NCBI GenBank assembly: GCA_024704765.1 | Contig: JAKMXF010000088.1 | Coordinates: 744,001-808,000, forward strand | DNA length: 64,000 nt | Direction of reading: 5' to 3' | Source of the DNA: Oopsacas minuta | Lineage: Eukaryota; Animalia; Porifera | Shown here: positions 50,181 to 64,000 of the stretch, one piece after another | Layout: each line of letters begins with the position of its first letter | How positions within the stretch are numbered: the first letter of the stretch is position 1 | Program-made: the position numbers and the translations under genes | The notes under the pieces: model-generated | The model's input: the letters and a program-made list of their open reading frames with translations, nothing else | What the model was told of the DNA's origin: nothing | Database searches by the model: none

Positions 50181-50749
50181 TTGTATAATAGCTCTATTAA
50201 AATATTCTATAATCATAATATATGACATATGGTGATTAGAGATGGATTCTATAACATATGGTATCTGTATTAGTTTACTCTATGAGGACATATATATGTT
50301 TCTAGCATTTGTTTACACAAATGAAATAGGTTGGGAACCGCTCTACTGTTGTTCAGTTTCCTATAATAAACAAGTAAATATTCCTTCAAATACATATCCT
50401 CAATCAGTAGAGTTATAGTTATATAGCTCTGTACATACAGTTGTTATGAGCTTACACAAGGATTAGACAATTAATACATGGCTTGACTATATTCTGGTGG
50501 TTAAGTTAGTATTAATTTAGTTCCGTTATGAATAACATATAACCACCTCCTCGCTGTAGGGAGTAGATAACAACAAATGTCCTCTAATTACTCCTCTATG
50601 GGTACAAATAGATCCTCTCTACTTACAAGTATATATATCTATAGTATAAATCAGGACAAGGTATATTCTAATCGAAAAAGTAACAATACGAAATAAATGA
50701 TACTAAACTACAAATTCCTTAGTAACTATATCGTAACTAGGTATAATAT

Positions 50750-51281
50750 CTAGGTGCATACTCCTATAACACCACAAGCTACACGTGCTCCTGCGTGTCC
50801 TGTAGTCTTAGAGTCAGAGTGTCCTCCTCTCCCTAGATCATCAGGATCAGCGTGTACTACTACAGCTCTTCCTATGATATTATGCTTATTGTCTTGCAGA
50901 GATATTACACTATCAACTATGTTCACCTACATAGAAGATATGAATTACAGTGTTCTCCCAGTATAGCTATGAGTCAATAGGACAACTCACCTCTACGTCT
51001 CCTCCCCCTGACATGACGTTACCCAGGTCTCCTACGTGTCTCTCCACATCAGTAGGCCCTCCGTGCTCCTTCCCCTCAGGGTTGAAGTGAGCGCCTGCAC
51101 TCGTACATCCATTGGTGAGGTCACCAAACTCATGAATATGGAATCCATGTTTCCCTGCAGCTAGTCCTGTGATAGTTCCTGTTACTGTAACGGAATCTCC
51201 GTTCTGTTGGAAGTTAATCCTCCCTAATACTTTCTCCCCCACAAGTACACATACTGCCTTAGTGCTATCTGATGTAGCCAT
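50750..51281 (-). CDS. SOD1: Cu/Zn superoxide dismutase, 2 exons, 155 aa
   Basis: Exons 51281-50991 and 50926-50750. Motifs [43 protein letters not shown] and [10 protein letters not shown]; all metal ligands are present. Confidence 0.97.
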
Positions 51282-51458
51282 TTAGCTAATGACCTTATAA
51301 GTTATTAGAATATTATATAACTCGTACAAGTTCTTCAATCAATTTTCAGTAAACATATGTGTTAATTAACGATAGACAACAAATAGAAAATAATATAAAC
51401 AGAGACAAACTATATCCCAGCAAATAAACAGAAAACACCATCGTATAGCATTATAACA

Positions 51459-59379
<7,921 letters not shown>

Positions 59380-59771
59380 TTGTAGCTAATTTGAGACAAA
59401 ACTATAGTACAGTGTAAGCTAATAAATATAGAGAATTCCTAGTAACAATGAACCTACACAAACCGGGTAGCATTTATCGGAGTTTACACTGTACACAGAT
59501 TCTAAACAGCAGAGGTTAGTCAGTAATAAATACTTCATAATATCTACCTATTCCAGATTATTGTGATGAATTATGCACCTGATTAACACTGTAATATGAG
59601 ATTGATACGCAATCAAGCTGCATGATTTATATATCCAATTAGAATAGATTAACCCTCCCTTATAATTATATAAGAGTTCCTATAATTAGAATAAATCTAA
59701 CTACGAACCTATTAGCTATATATGTACTAATCTATAACGATACTACTACAGTCTACTATCAAACATTGTAG

Positions 59772-60098
59772 CTACTTTATGGATAGTAGCTCTACGTCAA
59801 ATATCAGAACAGCATTAGCAGGGATTGTTCCTGGTACTCCAGAAGCACCATACCCGTAATCCGGTGAGATTGTCAGGATAGCTTTCGATCCGACAGACAT
59901 CTGAGGAACTCCCTCGTCCCAGCCTTTTATGACTTGTCCCACACCGATCTTAGTTTCGAATGGCTTCCCTCGGTCTCTGGAGGAATCAAACTTCTTTCCG
60001 TCTTTTAGAGTTCCTGTATAATGCATAACAACAGTCTGTCCTTTCTTGGGATAAGTCTTACCATCTCCTTCCTTAGTTATCTGTACTTCTACTCCCAT
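59772..60098 (-). CDS. FKBP12: FK506-binding protein 12 (peptidyl-prolyl isomerase), intronless, 108 aa
   Basis: MGVEV...[37 protein letters not shown]...VIKGWDEG...YGYG...[14 protein letters not shown]. Confidence 0.98.
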   Translation of the reverse strand: MGVEVQITKEGDGKTYPKKGQTVVMHYTGTLKDGKKFDSSRDRGKPFETKIGVGQVIKGWDEGVPQMSVGSKAILTISPDYGYGASGVPGTIPANAVLIFDVELLSIK

Positions 60099-60162
60099 TC
60101 TGTTATTGTTAACTATATTACTTGTTAAGATTAAAAGGTTCCCTATACGATACTATTAGGGG

Positions 60163-60260
60163 TTAAACCATGGATGGTAGATTTAGTTAATCTACTCTGG
60201 ATTAGTGGCTATGCCTGCTTGGAGGGGAATTTCTATAACGAATCCATCATCCATGGTTAC
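60163..60260. mobile_element. piggyBac-like MITE upstream of FKBP12
   Basis: ttaa(a)ccatggatgg ... catccatgg-ttac. Confidence 0.7.
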
Positions 60261-60477
60261 ATATCTTATAAGCATTAAGGGAGCAGACTCACAATAAAAA
60301 TGGCAGTATAGAGCATGTTTTGAGTATATCCACTTATATAAGATAGCTACCATTAAGTTTTGGGATACACATATAAATGTATAGGATTACAATTAGATCA
60401 GGATAGCAACCATATATAGACAAAGGAATGTATCATTACAATAAATCGTATGTAAAATCATAAAATAATTGAATTAT

Positions 60478-62490
60478 TCATAATTCAACTTGACTATCAA
60501 GTTGGTCAGATGGAATGTCATCATCTGATTCATATATGTCATCCTGTTTATTATAAATACCTTCCATCCTAATTACGTATATCAATGGCATATACGGAGG
60601 GACACTATCAGGAACACCTCTACTCCCGTAGGCGGTTATAGAAGGACACACAATTATTCGGATCTCCCCCAGCTTCATGTCGGAGATACCCTTGGTCCCG
60701 TGGTCCCATGCGGGTACTACTTCTCCTAGACCGTATCGGAACTTCATGGGACGAGGTTGGGGAGTAGGACGACACATTCCGTGATCAGCTAGTGTCGATG
60801 AGAACAGAGAAAAGGCCTCGTCGAATCGAGCAATGACATTTGAGAGTTTCACCTTTTGGTACTCCATTCCTGGGGGTCCCATCCGTAACACGGATATCGT
60901 ATCCTCGCTAGGGACAGCCCTGAGAGGAGGCCAGTATCCCTCATGGAGGACTAGTTTATTCTGTATGGGAGGGTAGCGGAGATATATGTTAAGGTCATCA
61001 ACTGAGAAGGGGGAATCTACTTTCTCTCTGGAGTATTCTAGGATATCTTGTAGCTGTTTCTGCGTAATTTTATGCTTTTCAGAATTAGTCTCATCTTTCA
61101 CTAATTTATCTACTTCACATAGCAGCTGTTGTGCTTTTTGCTTAACACGTTTCTTAACACATTCTACCCTCTGTTTAATAATATTTAACTTCTCATCTTC
61201 CTCCTGAACCTTTTCAATATTAATAGCTCGCAATCTTTCCGTAATATTTTGAATAATTCTAATCTTATCAGGAGTGTCCTTTGACATTATTTCATCTTTA
61301 TATTTATCCCATGTTATGTCGTCAGGATTATTATCATCGAATATTGTCTTAATTTCGGTTTTAAGTTGATCAAAAAAATATTTGAATAACGGGGCCAAGT
61401 CATTCATAAGATCTCTGAAATCTGGGTAATCAATCTCTTGCCTGGGTCCTGCAAAGAGGAATGCTCCATCGGTTTTGAGACAGTAATTTCTAAGTCTATT
61501 TATTTCGTTTTGATCTTTTGAGATATCTTTAATCTTCTCCAATTTGTTTAGAACTTTAACAAGAGTATTCTCCTTTTTTTGATTCTGATTATTTTGATCC
61601 TGTATTTCTTTTAACCCGAGGTATGTCTTGATGTCTTCAATCTCAGATAGTCTGACCTCAAATCTCATTCTATATGCATACAGCCCTCTCACTACCCTAT
61701 CTACCTCTTTATCGTATTCCACCCTTCGCTCCAGAACAGATCTAAACTCTGTGGAATCAGGAGTTAATATACTATCTATTCTTCTGTGAATCTCTCTTAT
61801 CAATACTTCCTCTTGCTTCCAACGATATCTATTAATTTTGTCTAATAATTGGTTTATTTCGTCAGAAGGCAACTGATGTTTGTAATTATCCAAGGACTTA
61901 TTGAATTCAAATTCTGTCAGCTTGTTAAGTAGTGGAGGAATGTCCTTATTCTTATTTTTATTCTTATTTTTATTGTAGTTGTGTATAATATCATTGAATT
62001 CAGTCTTAATCTCAACAAAATGATCCTCATTCATAGTGGGGGGAGATAGCTCATCATTATCATTAGAAGCAAACTTCATCCAGGTATCTACATAATGTGC
62101 ATACTCCTTCTTCCATTCCAAGTAGTGATATGTGTTGTCAGGTTTGTTATAGTATTGGAATTCATGGGAACGATTTAGGAACTTGTCTCCTTCGCCCATT
62201 CCTTTCATGACAACATCACCGGGTAATTCTGACTGTTCGAGTGTTTTCCTCAGCTCTGTTCTAAGTGTGGGAGACCATTTTTCTCTGAAATAGCACCATG
62301 GAGGCAGGTAATATCCAGCATAGTTAACAGCTACTAGTGTACCTACTCTAATAGGATTATACTTAGGGATATCTCTACTGTTAATCTGTGCATTTGATTC
62401 TATTAATCCGGGTAGCTCGTGTGTAGGTTTAGAACTTGTGGGAGAGATTGGAGATGATATGCTTATGACGTCAGGAGATGTTACTGACAT
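60478..62490 (-). CDS. 670-aa intronless protein with FKBP-type fold elements separated by a ~500-aa helical insertion
   Basis: N-terminal PIRVGTLVAVNYAGYYL resembles the FKBP strand [16 protein letters not shown]-terminal SLFSST..PMKFRYGLGEVVPAWDHG..MKLGEIRIIVCPSITAYGSRGVPDSVPPYMPLIYVIRM covers the rest of the FKBP domain. Confidence 0.8.
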   Translation of the reverse strand: MSVTSPDVISISSPISPTSSKPTHELPGLIESNAQINSRDIPKYNPIRVGTLVAVNYAGYYLPPWCYFREKWSPTLRTELRKTLEQSELPGDVVMKGMGEGDKFLNRSHEFQYYNKPDNTYHYLEWKKEYAHYVDTWMKFASNDNDELSPPTMNEDHFVEIKTEFNDIIHNYNKNKNKNKNKDIPPLLNKLTEFEFNKSLDNYKHQLPSDEINQLLDKINRYRWKQEEVLIREIHRRIDSILTPDSTEFRSVLERRVEYDKEVDRVVRGLYAYRMRFEVRLSEIEDIKTYLGLKEIQDQNNQNQKKENTLVKVLNKLEKIKDISKDQNEINRLRNYCLKTDGAFLFAGPRQEIDYPDFRDLMNDLAPLFKYFFDQLKTEIKTIFDDNNPDDITWDKYKDEIMSKDTPDKIRIIQNITERLRAINIEKVQEEDEKLNIIKQRVECVKKRVKQKAQQLLCEVDKLVKDETNSEKHKITQKQLQDILEYSREKVDSPFSVDDLNIYLRYPPIQNKLVLHEGYWPPLRAVPSEDTISVLRMGPPGMEYQKVKLSNVIARFDEAFSLFSSTLADHGMCRPTPQPRPMKFRYGLGEVVPAWDHGTKGISDMKLGEIRIIVCPSITAYGSRGVPDSVPPYMPLIYVIRMEGIYNKQDDIYESDDDIPSDQLDSQVEL

Positions 62491-62582
62491 TGAATATCTA
62501 ATTACAATGCTACATGGATCATTAACTGTTGGAATAAAGATAGAAAGAGTCCCGCCGCCTGCCTCTTATTTAGTACAGTTAT

Positions 62583-62709
62583 TTAACCATGGATGGCGGA
62601 TTTAGTATATTTGCTTGGATGTTTTTCTAAGCTAAGGCACTTCTCTCTTGGTTGGAGGGGAATTTGTATCAAAAAAGCATAAATAAACGAATCCACTATC
62701 CATGATTAA
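62583..62709. mobile_element. piggyBac-like MITE upstream of the 670-aa gene
   Basis: TTAA-ccatggatgg ... tatccatga-TTAA; same orientation as 60163-60260. Confidence 0.75.
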
Positions 62710-62803
62710 TAACATTTCCATTCTACACTATCAATAACCAGCTATATAAGGTGTCAAATATGTATAATTCATCAGAAATACGAATAATATTGAAATGATA
62801 CCT

Positions 62804-64000
62804 CTAAGCGGTCTTAGCATCTGATTTAATTTTCTCTTCCGTCAATTTCTGTTCGTGTTTTTCGTGTTTATACTTTCTATTAGTTTTCCTGTATTTTAAT
62901 TCCTGTTTCGTTAACTCCTCAAAATGTGTTAGAATATCATCTGATTGACTCTCCTCAATCTTATCAACTTGTATAATATATATAATGCCCTTTAATCCTT
63001 CGTAGAAATTCTCATCTCTGATATACCCACTGAATCCGGATATGTTCTTGAGTATAGGGAAGTAGTGATTTACTTGATCATTACGATCAGTTTCTAAGAA
63101 TAATATATAACTACTGTCTGTATATTGATATAGTGAAACTTCGTTAATACGAATTTCCGGTTGAGACAAACAGAAATTCACACAATTGTAATTCAATTGT
63201 TTTTACTCCGGATAATGAGTACAAATCTAGACGGTCCTTTGGTGTACGTATTAACGAGGTTTTACTATATATTTATATTTTCACACCTTTAACCGGAGTA
63301 ATATCCTTGTCCTTCTTCCTCTCTTCTCTGTATAATCTTTTTCTTTCACTCATCAACCACTTATCTTCTATCCAAATAGTCTCAACATTATCATTACCAG
63401 TGATCTGTTTATATACGTCATCATTAATTGATTTAGCCAGTTGACGAGCTCCAGGGGCTCTACACCAAGGCATACCCCCAGTAAATGCCTCCTCAAAGCC
63501 TCTTATCTCGTCTCTATCCCTCCTCTTGTATACAGGTTTATTAGGATGTAGCTGTAGAGTTAGTTCTCTAGATTTACGATACTCCATATCAACTGATAGA
63601 AGCTGTTCTCTATGAGGATAGTATACATTGATATTTTCACACCTGACACACATAACTACAACTTACTTTGGTACAAAAGCTATCCTGATCTCCTTCTCTC
63701 CTTCCATATCCCATAAGGCTTCTACTAGAGATGCTACAAGGTGGTGATCTCTACGTCCAAACATAATCCTGAAGCCTCGTTCTAACTCCCTCTCTACTCT
63801 CCTATTAATCTCTGCCTCCAATTTATCACCGGGGATATTGTCAGGAGGGGGTGCGTCACGAGCTAGTATATTCTCAACAGAAGTGTAGTATTCATCTCTG
63901 TACTCAGATATATCCTTATCCCATAGAGAAGCATAACGCGTATACTCACTAATAATATCCTTCCTACATTTCTCCTCATAGAACTCTTTCTTACTGTCCC
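62804..64000 (-). CDS. 3' part of a spliced gene (5' end outside the window), probably a highly degenerate FKBP-like protein
   Basis: Exons >64000-63667, 63609-63287 and 63117-62804 join in phase (2, then 1) and merge the separate ORF-track ORFs into one frame. It contains GFRIMFGRRDHHLVASLVEALWDMEGEKEIRIAFVPKE and GIIYIIQVDKIEE. Confidence 0.6.
63130..63268. mobile_element. pogo/Tc1-like MITE in intron 63118-63286
   Basis: 23-bp TIR tatagtgaaacttcgttaatacg / cgtattaacgaggttttactata (21/23). Confidence 0.85.

Noticed and set aside
60810-62305. Intein or retained intron explaining the FKBP insertion
   Set aside because: There is no His-Asn/Cys-Ser-Thr junction and no LAGLIDADG or HINT motif. 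No good GT donor sits at the boundary, and ~500 stop-free codons in AT-rich DNA argue for real coding sequence.
63118-63196. N-terminus of ORF 62804-63196 (MNYNCVNF...)
   Set aside because: It lies within a MITE-containing intron; the real exon begins at 63117.
62804-64000. Compact overlapping ORFs suggesting an endogenous virus
   Set aside because: The ORFs join through two phase-consistent GT-AG introns into one eukaryotic gene, and I saw no viral hallmark genes.

Overview
This is AT-rich, very compact animal genomic DNA with short GT-AG introns; I found no rRNA, tRNA or CRISPR. The compactness, heavy gene nesting, intronless coiled-coil+NHL genes and an SRCR-sushi receptor suggest a glass sponge (Hexactinellida), but this is inference only. 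Gene order: a ~17-kb striated-type myosin II heavy chain (+) hosting three intronless genes in its introns (two antisense NHL/propeller genes and a same-strand MCMDC2); a divergent Rho GTPase; MYLIP/IDOL; an unidentified spliced minus-strand gene that probably hosts an intronless catalytic-only PDE; a Lbc-family DH-PH RhoGEF (-) hosting FBXO4, a TRPM channel and RNase Z; then a co-oriented minus-strand run of ZNF207, an AdipoR with an 18-aa repeat N-terminus, SOD1, a ~15xSRCR+2xsushi receptor and three FKBP-related genes. Several MITE families are present (pogo/Tc1-like TA, hAT 8-bp TSD, piggyBac-like TTAA). The top candidate novelty is the tandem FKBP cluster at the right end: canonical FKBP12, a 670-aa protein whose FKBP fold appears split by a ~500-aa helical insertion, and a third, more degenerate FKBP-like gene with its own large insertions. 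A second candidate is a possible trans-splicing/operon-like mode of expression that could explain genes packed into introns with almost no room for promoters. Exon coordinates were derived by hand and may be off by a few bases.
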